Shown: positions 12,823 to 25,922, numbered from the stretch's first letter. The stretch is DNA of 64,000 bases from Octopus vulgaris (GCA_951406725.2 OX597819.1:31806001-31870000), one strand, 5' to 3'. Notes: generated from the letters alone by a model not told the origin. Translations and numbers: made by a program.

Positions 12823-13320
12823 CCGTAAATCCTCGAGTATAGTCCGCCCTTGAGTATAATACGCAGGGGATTTTTAGGGGGCTGTACCTCTGAAAAACCT
12901 GAACCTTGTGTATAATACGTACCCCTTCTCTGACTTGAGTCAAGGAGCTCTATATAACGTCCTTGGTTTGTGAAAATGTATACGGTAACGTCCTTTATTA
13001 TTATTGTATATATAACATAATGCAAACGTGTAGCATTTTTGTGCATTTTTTTTTGCAGAAAATAAAGAAATAACAGTAATAACGTTTAATAAATGTTGCT
13101 TACTGCAAGTTATGGATGATTCTTTTATGACTTCATTGCTTTCAGGCTTAGCTTAAGGTATTTTCGCGCCCGACATCACAAAATGCGTCTGATTAAACAT
13201 TGCCGGACAGCAAATAGAGACTCGCACATTGCTTAGAAAATATTTTTCATTGTTTTACCTCGTATATTTTGACCTTTAAATTTCGGGAAAAAAATGCAGA
13301 TTATACTCGAGGATTTACGG
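12823..13320. mobile_element. Tc2/pogo-like MITE
   Basis: TIRs CCGTAAATCCTCGAGTATA / TATACTCGAGGATTTACGG flanked by TA on both sides. Confidence 0.9.
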
Positions 13321-13538
13321 TAGTTTTCAGAAACGTTTGAAAAAAAACATTTCTTTCAGTTCACCAACAAATATTATCGTTATGCCGACTGCTCCTTTAT
13401 TAATTTATAGTGATGGTATCTTGCTTGACTTTTCTGTTCCCTATTTAATTGCTCAGATAACACTACGCAAAAACTTCTTTTTGTTTTACTTAGTAAGAAG
13501 TTATTTGCTAATTGTGAAAAACATGTATGTAATGGTGT

Positions 13539-13920
13539 GGAGGTGCAATGGCCCAGTGGTTAGGGCAGCGGACTCGCCGTCATAAGATCGCGGTTTCGAT
13601 TCCCAGACCGGGCGTTGTGAGTGTTTATTGAGCGAAAACACCTAAAAGCTCCACGAGGCTCCGGCAGGGGATGGTGGTGATCCCTGCTGTATTCTTTCAC
13701 CACAACTTTTCTCACTCTTACTTCCTGTTTCTGTTGTACCTGTATTTCAAAGGGCCGGCCTTGTCACTCTCTGTGTCACGCTGAATATCCCCGAGAACTA
13801 CGTTAAGAGTACACGCGTCTGTGGAGTGCTCAGCCACTTACACGTTAATTTCACGAGCAGGCTGTTCCGTTGATTCGGATCAACCGGAACCCTCGTCGTC
13901 GTAACCGACGGAGTGCTTCC
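13539..13920 (+). mobile_element. SINE-A, full length
   Basis: Near-identical to 11273-11654; TSD ta(t/c)gtaatggt at 13526 and 13922. Confidence 0.95.
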
Positions 13921-15670
13921 ATACGTAATGGTCATTATTTCCTTTATTTACATTCTGAGTTCAAATCTTGCCCGATTTTCATCTTTCCAGGTCAATAAAA
14001 GAAATTGCGAGTCATATACTTGGATCAATATCATTGACAAAATATCTTCCCTTGAAATATGTGATCATGTGCTTCTTATGTCAGACATTACTACTAAAAA
14101 ACTTCTTATGATTGTTACCATGCTGCATTCCAGCCTCATGGCAAATAAACAATACATTGTGACCGTTGACATTCAGATTACCACTCATTAAGTGGTCCTA
14201 TGACCACGGTCATTCCAATAGTGAGTATCCTGTTTTATTTATTTATTTATTTATTTATTGTAAATCTTGGGTACATTGTCCGGGGCATTCTTCCAGTATT
14301 AAGAGGGTCGTATGGTACCCCTTTCCAGCATTTCAAGCAACTGCACTGAGGCAACTCTGAAACGGCTAGAGGAATCTACTAACCTTTCCTACAAATTTAT
14401 CTAGCTGCAGATACGGTATGTGTGTGTATGTGTGTATGTGTGTGGGGGGGATGTATACCTATATGTATATACATATATGTATGCAAGCATGTATGCATGT
14501 ATGTATATGTATAAATATATATGAACGGAAAGAAATGGTCTTTTCAGATGTTACTGAAAACTACTAGAATCAGAGGTGATTGTGTGCCAAAGAGCAATGT
14601 TAGCTCCAAGAGCAACATTGCCGTCAATAAAGACACTTTCATGAGGTAGAACTCACTGAAAATGGTTAATCTGTATGTAGGAACTTTCTCTCCCTCTTTC
14701 CTATATTCACGATCTATGAAAAAAAATAAAAGAAGAAAAATGTCTTCTAAATTGACTATATTCCATTTATAATAAATGTCTCGCTTCGTAAAATGCTTAA
14801 TTTAGTTCAGTTTATTAGCCCTGGCTTATGTCATGCTGATGATTTCTAAGAAGAATGAAATAGCGCTAAGCATGATTACATAATTACCTATGCCCAGAAA
14901 TGTTAAGACTTTTCTATTGAATAAGAACGAAAATATTATGTATATTCTATGCATCTTCTTCTCTGGTCATCGATTTTCAATTGAAACTTCTAATCTCGCC
15001 AACATTTATCTAGAAATGATTATCTTTCTTACAGTAACTTGCTACAAGGGCATACCATGTATGTGAGAGAGTGTGTAGCATATATACATATTTCTTTTAT
15101 TCCTTTGATTGTTTTTGACTTTATTGTATTTATCCACTGCTTCTTTCTCTTATTTTGTATTGATCTATGTTCGATCATACCCTCAGAGCAAATCATAAAT
15201 GGTAGCCTGCTGAGTACATCTATCGTCTGTTGATATATATTGGGTCAGCTTGCTCTATGTAGTAAAGTTGATGTTTTGGACTACCATGAATCGTTCTGAA
15301 GATTAGCCTTTCAGTTTAGTTGTCAGTAGCCTTGTATATATGGGTGCACACACGCATATACATTTATATGTATATTTTATTTACTTGCGAACGTTGATGT
15401 AATACATAACAAGATTATGAAACAGCTGTAAACAATAAAATAAACATCTTTTCTCTCGCCTAACGTCTGTTATCTGTTCTATTCTTATACGTTACAATCC
15501 TCATGTATGTATGTATGTATGTATGTATGTATGTATGTATGTATGTATGTATGTATGTATGTATGTATGTATGTATGTACGCATGCATACGTACATATAT
15601 ATATATATATATACATATATACATATACCTATGTCCAGAAATGTTAAGACTTTTGTATTGAGTAAGAACG

Positions 15671-15723
<53 letters not shown>

Positions 15724-15725
<2 letters not shown>

Positions 15726-16130
15726 CGCAAGAGTGGCTGTGTGGTAAGTAGCTTGCTTGCCAGCCACATGGTTCCGGGTTCAGTCCCACTACGTGGCACC
15801 TTGGGCAAGTGTCTTCTACTATAGCCTCGGGCCGACCAAAGTCTTGTGAGTGGATTTGGTAAACGGAAACTGAAAGAAACCCGTCGTATATATGAATATA
15901 TATATATATATGTATGTGTGCATATGTTTGTGTGTCTGTGTATGTCCCCCCAACATCGATTGACAACCGATGGTGGTGTGCTTACGTCCCCGTAATATAG
16001 CAGTTCGGCGAAAGAGACCGATAAAATAAGTACTAGGCTTCCAAAGAATAAGTCCTGGGGTCGATTTGCTCTCGACTAAAGGCGGTGCTCCAGCATGGCA
16101 GCAGTCAAATGACTGAAACAAGTAAAAGAG
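15724..16130 (+). mobile_element. SINE-B, full length (head + internal microsatellite + 3' half)
   Basis: ggcgcaagagtggctgtgtggtaag...ccttgggcaagtgtc...(TA/TG)n...ggcggtgctccagcatgg...ctgaaacaagtaaaaga. Confidence 0.95.
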
Positions 16131-16135
16131 ATAAA

Positions 16136-16215
<80 letters not shown>

Positions 16216-16248
16216 GTGTGTATATGTAAAGCTGGTGTGTATATGTAA

Positions 16249-16465
16249 AGGTGCATGGCTTAATGTTGACTCATGATCGTAAGATTGTGGTTTCCATTCC
16301 TGGACTCGGCAATGTGTTGTGTTCTTGAGCAAAACACTTCATTTCACATTGCATCAGCCCACTCAAATGGTAAAAATGAGCGACCCTGCGACGGATCGGT
16401 GTCCTATCCTGGGAGGAATATATATACACCAGAGAAACCGGGAAACTCGCCGTATGCTTTTACAG
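16249..16465 (+). mobile_element. SINE-D, diverged
   Basis: gttcttgagcaaaacacttcatttcac...ccctgcgacggatcggtgtcctatcc...gaaaccgggaaact. Confidence 0.75.
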
Positions 16466-16560
16466 AATAATGTGAGCTAACCATATATCTGTATGTATAG
16501 ATCTGTACACATACATACATAAATACGTAGATACAGAGATAGATAGATAGATAGATAACT

Positions 16561-16825
16561 TTCTTTATTGGCCACACATGGCTCAAATACAGAGGGGACA
16601 AATACAAATGTAGAGCTTTTCGTTTCGAAGATGGAAAAAAAGAAAACAGGAAGCAAAAAAGGAAGCAAATGTAAAATTCCGATCAAAAGGGATGAGAAGA
16701 AAAAAAAAAGCGATCAAATGGTATCGTGTATCACAGAAACAAATTTTCTTTCAACAGTAAGAAACAAGATTAGGTTCATCCGTGGGAAGAAAAGCCTACA
16801 GAAAAGACCACGGTAACCTCAGTCA
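16561..16825 (-). mobile_element. 3' end of a retroelement sharing its tail with SINE-C
   Basis: Minus strand ends tttgtcccctctgtatttgagccatgtgtggccaataaagaa, next to (GATA)n; upstream part is not SINE-C. Confidence 0.5.
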
Positions 16826-16980
16826 GGGAGGAAATAAACACATGAGAGCAAAGTGATCTCTCTCTCTCCCTCTCTCTCTTTTACGATTTACAGGATCATG
16901 CTCAAAGTGGTTTCGTCACACGCATGCGCCATCTTTGCTACATTCACCCACCTTTTTTTTTATATATATGTATATATATA

Positions 16981-17039
<59 letters not shown>

Positions 17040-17056
17040 CATGTATGTATGTGTGC

Positions 17057-17092
<36 letters not shown>

Positions 17093-17159
17093 ATGTATGT
17101 ATATGTCATAGCTCCATATAGTTAAGAACTCTGTGTATAATGCACTCTATATATTGATT

Positions 17160-17345
17160 TCAAATTTTGGTACAACGCCAGCAATGTTAGTCGACCCCAG
17201 TGTTCAACTGATACTTATTTTATCGATCCCGAAATGATGAAAGATAAAGTCGACCTCGGCGGAATTCGAACTCAGAACGTAGAGACGGACGAAATTGCCG
17301 CTCTGCATTTTGTCCGGCACGGTAGCGATTCTACTAGCTCAGAGC
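17160..17345 (-). mobile_element. SINE-C, older subfamily
   Basis: aaagtcgacctcggcggaattcgaactcagaacgt. Confidence 0.8.
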
Positions 17346-17451
17346 TTTCGTTTGCTCTCTATATATTACAACTCCATCTCGCGGCGGTCACTGTTATCAA
17401 ATCTAACTTTTAGTCTTTTAAAGTAGATAATTTGCTCCTGATGCTGTTACC

Positions 17452-17669
17452 TATTTCTTTACTAGCCACAAGGGGCTAAACACAGAGAGGACAAACGGAT
17501 TAAGTCGATTATGTCGACCCTAGTGCGTAACTGGTACTTATTTAATCTACCCCGAAAGGATGAAAGGCAAAGTCGACCTCGGCGGAATTCGAACTCAGAA
17601 CGTAGCGGCAGATGAAATACCGCTAAGCATTTCGCCCGGCGCGCTAACGTTTCTGCCAGCTCACCGCCT
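17452..17669 (-). mobile_element. SINE-C monomer with 13-bp TSD
   Basis: TSD tgatgctgttacc at 17439-17451 and 17670-17682. Confidence 0.95.
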
Positions 17670-18690
17670 TGATGCTGTTACCGTGACCTTCTCGTCGGTT
17701 TGCATATGACGGACTACAGTAGTAATTATGTTCTTTTTTTTTTTATCTCTTTCTAAGATAATTGAATGTGATTTAAGGTAGATTTTGCTGCTATTTCTCA
17801 AAGGTCGAGTAACTACGTAGGGGTTTTCGTCGTTGACTCGCTCGCATATATAAAATTATTATTTATGTTCTTGTTGTACACGTTCTGGTTCACACACACA
17901 CACACACACATACACACACACACACACACACTTATCGCATTGTTTCTGCAGTTGTTGCTACAACAGTGGGTGTTAGGTGTTCTCATGACTAATGAGTTAA
18001 AAATCTTTGACCCGGATTCAGTTAAAAGATAGAAACACTGGATATCTCTGACGTCATCAATTATCGTCGAAGGAAATCTATCTTCCGACGCCATAGAACA
18101 ACGGTCGTAGAAGACAGACTGGTACCTGAGACCCACATTTAACGGTCAGTATATACAGTACCGGATGTCGTGTCGCACAGTATCGTGCTGTGTCGTGCTA
18201 TGCTGAATCAAAAGGTAGCGCTGCAGTTGCTTGCTGCCTACAAATAGCTTTGATCAGTTTCTATGTAATGCCACCATAATTTGCATAACAATGACAGCAC
18301 TGTTGCCGTCGTTCTATTAAAGTTGAACTCGCGCCATCTATTGTTCCTTGTTGTAAGCGACCCTCGCCAGTTTGTTTTTGGTCAACGTTTGTCAGCAACA
18401 TAAATAGTTTCTTTCATTTATCAATACTGCCACTCAGAACACTGCAGTTATTTCGCTATCATCCATGTTTTCACATCGGCTGCGATCTGAAAGACGGCTC
18501 CACTTGATGTCCTCATATCTTTTATCTTTTATTCTTTACTTTTTTTTTCAGTCAGTTGACTGCGGCCATACTGGAGCACCGCTTTGAACTATTGTAGTCA
18601 AATAAACCAACTCCCAGTAATTATGTTTTCCTTTGTTAAAGTTTGGTACTTATTCAATTATATTAATACAAATGGAACTTTTGAATTACC

Positions 18691-18763
<73 letters not shown>

Positions 18764-18767
<4 letters not shown>

Positions 18768-19080
18768 GTTGTCCGGAAAGTTCGTGCCGATCTTTAAAGG
18801 AAAGAAAAAGGTCAATAATTACTCGCCATTACATTTTTAACTAACCAAATATGAACCATTTTGTTGCACAATGCGTCTCCATCTTTAACTTGAAAATACC
18901 CTCTACACAGAATTGAGGTGATTTCATGGCAAAAAATTCATCAAGGTATCTTTTTACGTCATCCAAGTAATTGAAATTTTTACCATTAAGACTATTCTGC
19001 AGAGACCTGAATAAGAGGAAATTCGAAGGAGCAATATCTGGTGAATATGGAAGGTGGGGTAACACATCCCAGCCGAGCTA
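18764..19080 (-). mobile_element. Mariner 3' fragment
   Basis: TA + TTGGGTTGTCCGGAAAGTTCGTGCCGAT TIR; LPHLPYSPDIAPSNFLLFRSLQNSLNGKNF. Confidence 0.9.
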
Positions 19081-19459
19081 CAGCAATATTTGTCTGGCTC
19101 CCAAAGCATCCAGTACCGAAAATGAACTTTCTTATCTTCCATTTTAAAGGATTAAAAATTAACACAGGTTATAAGAACATAAATCTTCTTCAACGAAAAG
19201 ATAGCTTAAACTGTGCTCTAATTGGAGGTGTAGTCAAATCCTATTTTATGGGCTCAACCATGTTCTAAAATAAGTCGAAAGGTAAGCCGCTATAAATCGG
19301 CACGAATGTATGTATGTATGTATGTATGTATGTATGTTTTTACGTGTATAAGTTTGCATAAAATAAACTGGCACTCTGTTGAATGCGACGACAAGGATTT
19401 TAGTTGATCTGATCATCGGATCAGCGCGCACACGCACACACACACACCTTTGAGGTACT

Positions 19460-19729
19460 GAGTTCGATTCCTGGATCGGTCTATGTGTTGTGTTTTTGAG
19501 CAAGACACTTTATTTTACTTTACTCCAGTTGACTCAGCTGCTGAAATGAGTTGCGACGTCACTGGTGCCAAGCTATATAGGCCTTTGCCTTTCCCTTGGA
19601 TAACATTATTGGCATAAAGTGGGGTGGCTGGTATGCATGGGCAACTGTTGGTCTTCCATAAACTACCTTGCCGGATTGGTACGTCGGAAGGTTACTTTCT
19701 AGGTGCAATCTCAGTCATTCCATGACTGA

Positions 19730-19730
<1 letters not shown>
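19460..19730 (+). mobile_element. SINE with D-type head and a third tail type
   Basis: gttcgattcctggatcgg...ttgagcaagacactttatttt...gactcagctgctgaaatgag followed by sequence unlike the A or D tails. Confidence 0.6.
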
Positions 19731-19797
<67 letters not shown>

Positions 19798-19834
19798 CGA
19801 CTACGTTTACTTTCCCACATACACATATATATAT

Positions 19835-21940
19835 TCTTGCCGTTAAACACTTCCTAGACCTTCGACACAACACCCAAACCTGACACGCCCACACTTCGTC
19901 TGGCGAACATATTCTCTTCCTCAACTGTTTCTCGTTCGCGGGGAGTTTTACCAACAGTGCTCGGAAGTGGCCATGGGAACGAGAATGGGTCCAAACTATG
20001 CGAACCTGTTCGTTGAAGCTACGTTGAAGCCCAAATATTTTCAACGTTCACTGGTCCCACTCGCGAACTATGGGGTTAAAATTGATGACTGTATCAGTGC
20101 GACACTCGCTCTCTCTTTTGTCCAATCCTTCTATCCTGCGCTCAAATTCACCTGCACCATTTCCAGTACTTCCGTCGTCTTTCTCGATATTTCGGTCAGC
20201 ATACACAACTCTGTTCTCACTACCTCCATCCACTACAAACACACCGACTCACACTCATACCTCAACTATTCCTCCTTCCATCCTACCCACACCAAGCTCT
20301 CCATCCCCTACTGTCAATTCCTCCGTCTGCGCAGGCTCTGCAGTGAGAACCATGACTTTGAGACTCAGTCTCAACTTATGGCTCGCCACTTCATCCTTCG
20401 TGGATATCCCTTCACCACTATCCACACTGCCCTTGCCAGAGCACTTCCGTGGAGCATGCCTCTGCTCTTTCTCTTAGCACCCGCCCTGCAGTTTCCCCGT
20501 TTCTCGTTTCCCCTCACCTACCACCCCTTCAACTTGCTCGTCCAATGCACCATTCTCCGAACCTTCCGGCGACACCAGTCCAACCGATCCTCTTAGCATA
20601 TATTCCCCAACCTACCCTTCTCTCCTTTAAATGAGCCCACAACCTACGTAACCTCCTGGTTCACAGTTTCTTCCCTAACCTCACTTCCGAACCTGGCTCG
20701 TTCCCCTACTCCCGCCCACGCTGCCGCACATTCCCCTACCTTCCAACACCACCATTCTTACTGGCACTCATCATCGTCCCTATTATATCACTGACTCCTT
20801 TACCTGCACTTCTATCAACGTCATTTACTGCATCTCATGCTCTTTCTGTCCTCTGTACATCGGTCAAACGGGACGCCGCTCGGATGACCGATTCGCAGAG
20901 CACCTACGAGACATTAGACTCGACAATACACCGCGGTCTCGCGCCATTTCCGCTCTCGGTCATTTATTACAACACCTGTCTGTGTTCGGATTGTCTTTGC
21001 ACAGGGGCCATCCGGACTCCCACCTTCGCCATGAACTGATAGTAATCTTCTCTCTTCACTCCTTTGCGCCATATGGGCTCAACTCACCTCCCCTCTTCAT
21101 CTGACACTTACTTCCTCTCTTCGCTCCTACTCACCTTCTCCTTTCATTAATACCTATTTCTTTACTACCCACAAGGGGTTAAACACAGAGAAGACAAACA
21201 AGGTCGATTATATCGACCCCAGTGCGTAACTGGTATTTAATTTATCGGCCCCGAAAGGATGAAAGGCAAAGTCGACCTCGGCGGAATTTGAACTCAGAAC
21301 GTAACGGCAGACGAAATACCGCTAAGCATTTCGCCCAGGGTGCTAACGTTTCTGCCAGCTCGCTGCCTTATTTAATACCCTCTCCATCCACCCCCACTCT
21401 CATACATCCCGCTCCACTTAACCCACCCCTACCCTCACATTCTCACCCCAAATCCGTACCCACCCTCACATCCCCACACTCCAACATCGGCACACCACAT
21501 ACCACCACACCACATCACACTACCCCCACACCACTGCGCACACACTAGCACTGACCACTTCCTAGCACCCACACCATCATCCACACACCCACACATTACA
21601 GACGCACACACTTACGTACGCACACACGCACACACCCACACGTCAAAGTCACCAACTGCTATCCACACGCACACACTTTCACACTCTCACATACACACGC
21701 ACACGCACCTTCATTTTGGGATCACCAGTACTTTATTATCTCCTCTTCTTCCTAGCTCTCCTGTCCAATTACCATTGTCCAATCAGTCGCCATGATCGAC
21801 TACTAACTCCAAAAGATTTTTTATTCTCTCTTTGTTTATGCCATCGTGTTCCTTTCTGTTGAAGAGCGTTGAACTAATACACCTGCTTGTTGTTTATGCA
21901 CCTGTCTTCGTCTTTTATTTTTCTGTAAATTTCAACTACA
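19835..21940 (+). mobile_element. Penelope-like retroelement, 5'-truncated: RT + GIY-YIG endonuclease + 3' region
   Basis: RT motifs VAMGTRMGPNYANLF, IDDC, VVFLDI, YKHTDSHSYLNYSSFHP; endonuclease SFTCTSINVIYCISC...LYIGQTGR...RFAEHLRDI (~20795-20920) and PYGLN (~21070-21085); frameshifts and stops. Confidence 0.92.
21155..21368 (-). mobile_element. SINE-C monomer inserted in the Penelope 3' region
   Basis: Full head and tail; TSD ttaatacc on both sides. Confidence 0.9.
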
Positions 21941-21955
21941 CACACACACATATAT

Positions 21956-22067
21956 GCCATGTCATGTTGAAAGCACCGGTTCTCGTCCGATCACCGAAGT
22001 TAAGCAACATCGAGCCTACTTACTATTTATATGGGCGATCGCTTGGGAAACCTAGGCGCTGTAAGCA
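21956..22067 (+). pseudogene. 5S rRNA pseudogene, slightly 5'-truncated
   Basis: gccatgtcatgttgaaagcaccggttctcgtccgatcaccgaagttaagcaacatcgagcc...atgggcgatcgcttgggaa; many substitutions in the 3' half. Confidence 0.9.
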
Positions 22068-22080
22068 TTCATCTTATATA

Positions 22081-22245
22081 GGCGTAGGAGTGACTGTGTG
22101 GTAAGTAGCTTGCTTACCAACCACATGGCTCCGGGTTCAGTCCCACTGCGAGGCACCTTGGGCAAGTGTCTTCTACTATAGCCTCGGGCCGACCAAAGCC
22201 TTGTGAGTGGATTTGGTAGAGAGAAACTGAAAGAAAACCGTCGTA

Positions 22246-22310
<65 letters not shown>

Positions 22311-22520
22311 ATATGTTTCTATGTCTGTGTCCCCCCCCCACCAACATCGCTTGACAACCGATGTGTTTGTGTCCCCATATTTTAGCGGTTCGGCAAAAGA
22401 GACCGATAGAATAAGTACTAGGCTTACTAAGAATAAGTCTTGGGGTCGATTTGCTCGAATAAAGGCGGTGCCCCAGCATGGCCACAGTCAATTGACTGAA
22501 ACAAGTAAAAGAGTAAAAGA
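22081..22520 (+). mobile_element. SINE-B, full length
   Basis: Same bipartite structure as 15724-16130. Confidence 0.95.
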
Positions 22521-22521
22521 T

Positions 22522-22597
<76 letters not shown>

Positions 22598-22667
22598 GAG
22601 GGAGAGAAGGAGAGAGGGAGAGAGGGAGAGAGGGAGATAGATAGATAGATAGATAGATGGATAGATG

Positions 22668-22741
<74 letters not shown>

Positions 22742-23178
22742 TAGAATGATGGATGTTGACCAGAAGCTCTCCATTTCATATTTCCCATTACTCTTAGTTT
22801 TCTTTTGTCTTTTTCGCGTTAACACGTTTTTACAAATATCTATCATTATATCGCACAAGAACACACATACCCACACAAGCACCCCCACACACACACGCAC
22901 ATACACACGCATGCACGCACGTATTCGTAGATAGAAGCGTACTCTCATGTTCTTATCCATATGCTGATAAATATGTGTGACTTATATTCTTACGTTTTAC
23001 AGATGTTTACTTTCCCACATACACACATATACTGGCAAGCGCTCTAATATTCTCATTTACTCCTCTGTTCTCTTATTCCGCCAGTCATTCAATCTGTTTG
23101 TATATCTGTCCGTATCTCATTCATACACACAGACACACGCACAACGCACACTTATATACAGAACCCTCCACCTCCGCA

Positions 23179-23234
<56 letters not shown>

Positions 23235-23836
23235 ACCATGTACTTTCTCTCTTCCTTTTTTTTGTCTCTCATTAATTCTTCCAAACATAGCATAATAATG
23301 ATATGTCTGAAAACTTGCGAGCTCTGCTGTCTTGAAGATAACTATTTTTAGGGCCATTGAGTTGAGGTCAGTGTGAAAGGTTCCAAGAGCAAGTCACTCC
23401 TACCTGATCGGTGGAGCAGACGGTAGATGACGTCACAACACGTCTGAATACGTCACAACATCTGTGACGTCGACCGACACCGGAATGGATGCAATGAGGA
23501 AACTTGCTTTTCGCTCCAAATATGCCTCAATAGTTGAAGAGATATGAAGCGACGACGTTTAACAACAGCATCGAAGAAAGAGAGACAACTAGAGAAGGGA
23601 TAGGTGGTTGCGTTTACGTCATCGATCTGTAAATTCCAGCAGGAAATAGTAGCCTAATCTCCTCGAAATGGACACTCCGTCGTCTTAAAGAAACAAAAGT
23701 TTCTATTCGAACTACACTTACCTGGAAAGGAGCGATAGGGTGGTTGCAACTGGAATGTATTTTGATTATATATATGCTCAATCAGAGACGACCTAGGGTT
23801 AAACAGCTGTGAAGAGAGACGAACGCTGTTAAAACA

Positions 23837-24014
23837 CAGTAGCGTAGCTAGAGGCGGAGACGAGGATGCGATCCGCTCCGGGCGATAATTTTATGTGGGC
23901 AGCACTTCTGGGTCTGTTGTATAAGCCCGTATAGGCTAGAGAGCTTGGGGGCTCGAGAGAAAGTGACACACTCAAGGGCTGTCCCGGGTAGCACACACTC
24001 TAGATACTCAACTG
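23837..24014. mobile_element. Old hAT-like MITE
   Basis: Imperfect TIRs CAGTAGCGTAGCTAGAG / CTCTAGATACTCAACTG; flanks ttaaaaca / gcaaaacc may be a decayed 8-bp TSD. Confidence 0.5.
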
Positions 24015-24102
24015 GCAAAACCAATTGTAATGTTGAAGAAAAAGACAAAATTGTTGTCATTTGGTTTTAATTGAATTATTGTCTGTTGATGCCCTGAATG
24101 CG

Positions 24103-24310
24103 GCAAGCTGGCAAAGTCGTTAGCATGCTGGACAAAATGATAGTGGAATTTCGTCAGTCTTTACGTTCTGAGATCAAATTTCGCCAAGGTCGACTTAGCC
24201 TTTTATCTGTTTGAAATCGATAAAATAAGTATCAGTCGAACTCTGGGGTCGATATAATAGACTGACCTCCCCACAGAAATTGCTGGTTTTGTACCAAAAT
24301 TTGAGACCAA
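24103..24310 (+). mobile_element. SINE-C, older subfamily
   Basis: ggcaagctggcaaagtcgttagcatgctggac...aaggtcgacttagcc...cgataaaataagta. Confidence 0.75.
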
Positions 24311-25266
24311 TATTTCTTGATGACCTGGAATCGTAACAATTTCAGTGTGTCTATTTCCAGTATGGGAACTTTCAGTTTGTGAAGTTTTAGTGTGTTCACC
24401 TCTACTGTGCGACTCCCGAGTTTATAAACCACCCCAGAGATTAATCTCTACTTTAATAACCTTTAGTTAATAAACATTTTGGCTTATGAACCTCTAGTTA
24501 ATTTAAAATGCCTTTTTTCAAAAATCTACTTTGTAAAACAGGCTTCTTAAATTTTGTTTTTTATGGTTATTGTTTAATCCACGGCGAATCCTGATAGAAG
24601 ATGTTTCAATTATAACCATGGCTTTTCCTTTCAGAATTACCTATGAGGTTTATACTAGCATTTTTACCTTCCATACATAAAATTTATATAACATATCCTT
24701 CCTTTCTAAGAGCATGGAGCGTAATTCGAGGGAGATTCGGCTGCTTTTCTTTGCAGGCTGATGACCACGTAGAAGTTTGCTTATTGACTGCTTTTTGTTC
24801 CCGTTCCATACAACAGGGGTCTTTAATCTTCGTTTGCTCCACGGATCAGTTTCCCGCAAGAAAATTTTCCCACAGACCGGGGGATCACGCACATAACGAA
24901 ACACTATAAAATGCATAAAATATAATTAAATCATTACACATATAATACAAAAGCATCCTGCAGACAGCAATAGTCAATAGAATAGACAAAGTTTTAAAAT
25001 TTATTCTCTCAGTGCGGCCCAGTACTAAATGATCCATGGCCTGGTACTGAGTGTTGAAGAATACAAACTGCGGAATATCAGATTTAATGTTTTGTGGTTT
25101 CATTTTATTACGCCTGCTGAGGTCCACCGATTTATCCTTCATCTTTCCCTTAACGTCTCCTCCGACTCAATGAAATATAAAATCAGTAATATAGAATCTA
25201 ATGTTGCCACATAAAAGGTATCTCTCGCCTATTCGAAACTTATATATTGTTTCAGCCATTCTAAAC

Positions 25267-25306
25267 TTCACTGAGGAGATCAAGTAAAGACTGAAATATG
25301 TCTGGA
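25267..25306 (+). ncRNA. Decayed type I hammerhead motif
   Basis: TTCA-CTGAGGA-GATC-aagtaaa-GACT-GAAA-TAT-GTC-TGGA. Confidence 0.55.
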
Positions 25307-25922
25307 ATTGTTTCCCCCTAATTACTAAAAATCACACATACTCCCCTTGGCGCATTAATGCTTAATTTTTAATTAATTTGCATTTCGGGATAGCTTCCAT
25401 TCCATTTATTGACAACAGTTATCATTAACACTAATATTTCTTTGCATTACAACTATAATTTTAATTGATTAACTTGTTACGTGCGTGGAGTGGGTCTTTA
25501 GTTAGGGGTCACAATATATTAAGCATGTTGTCTCTAATTTAAGTAAAAGAATTTTATTTTATCATGTTGTTTTTTAACCATTGGTCAGCTACGACTGAGA
25601 TAAAACTGTGGTAAAATGCCTTACAAACGTCTCATCATTGTTGTCGGGTATTACGTATCTGAGACTACATTATTCAATGTGTCTATCTCCTTTAAACAGC
25701 ATATGGGTAGATTTAGCAACTAATTCTAGTACAATTAGAATGAGATAGACACTCTCTCGTTGCAGTGTACCTGTTGTCACATGTTGTAGTGGCGGAGAGC
25801 ACCGTATGAAAAACAAGAGGGCACATATTAAGAGTGTGACATCACATTCAACTTCGCATTCAAGTACCAGTAATGCATGAAGGCTAAGCGTCGGTGGATT
25901 GTTAGAATCGTTTGAGCATGGG

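Noticed and set aside
14831-14875. HHR-like TCATG-CTGATGA...GAAA-TAGCGCTA-AG-CATGA
   Set aside because: No NUH triplet before helix I and a T-T closing pair in helix II; may be a relic but not supportable
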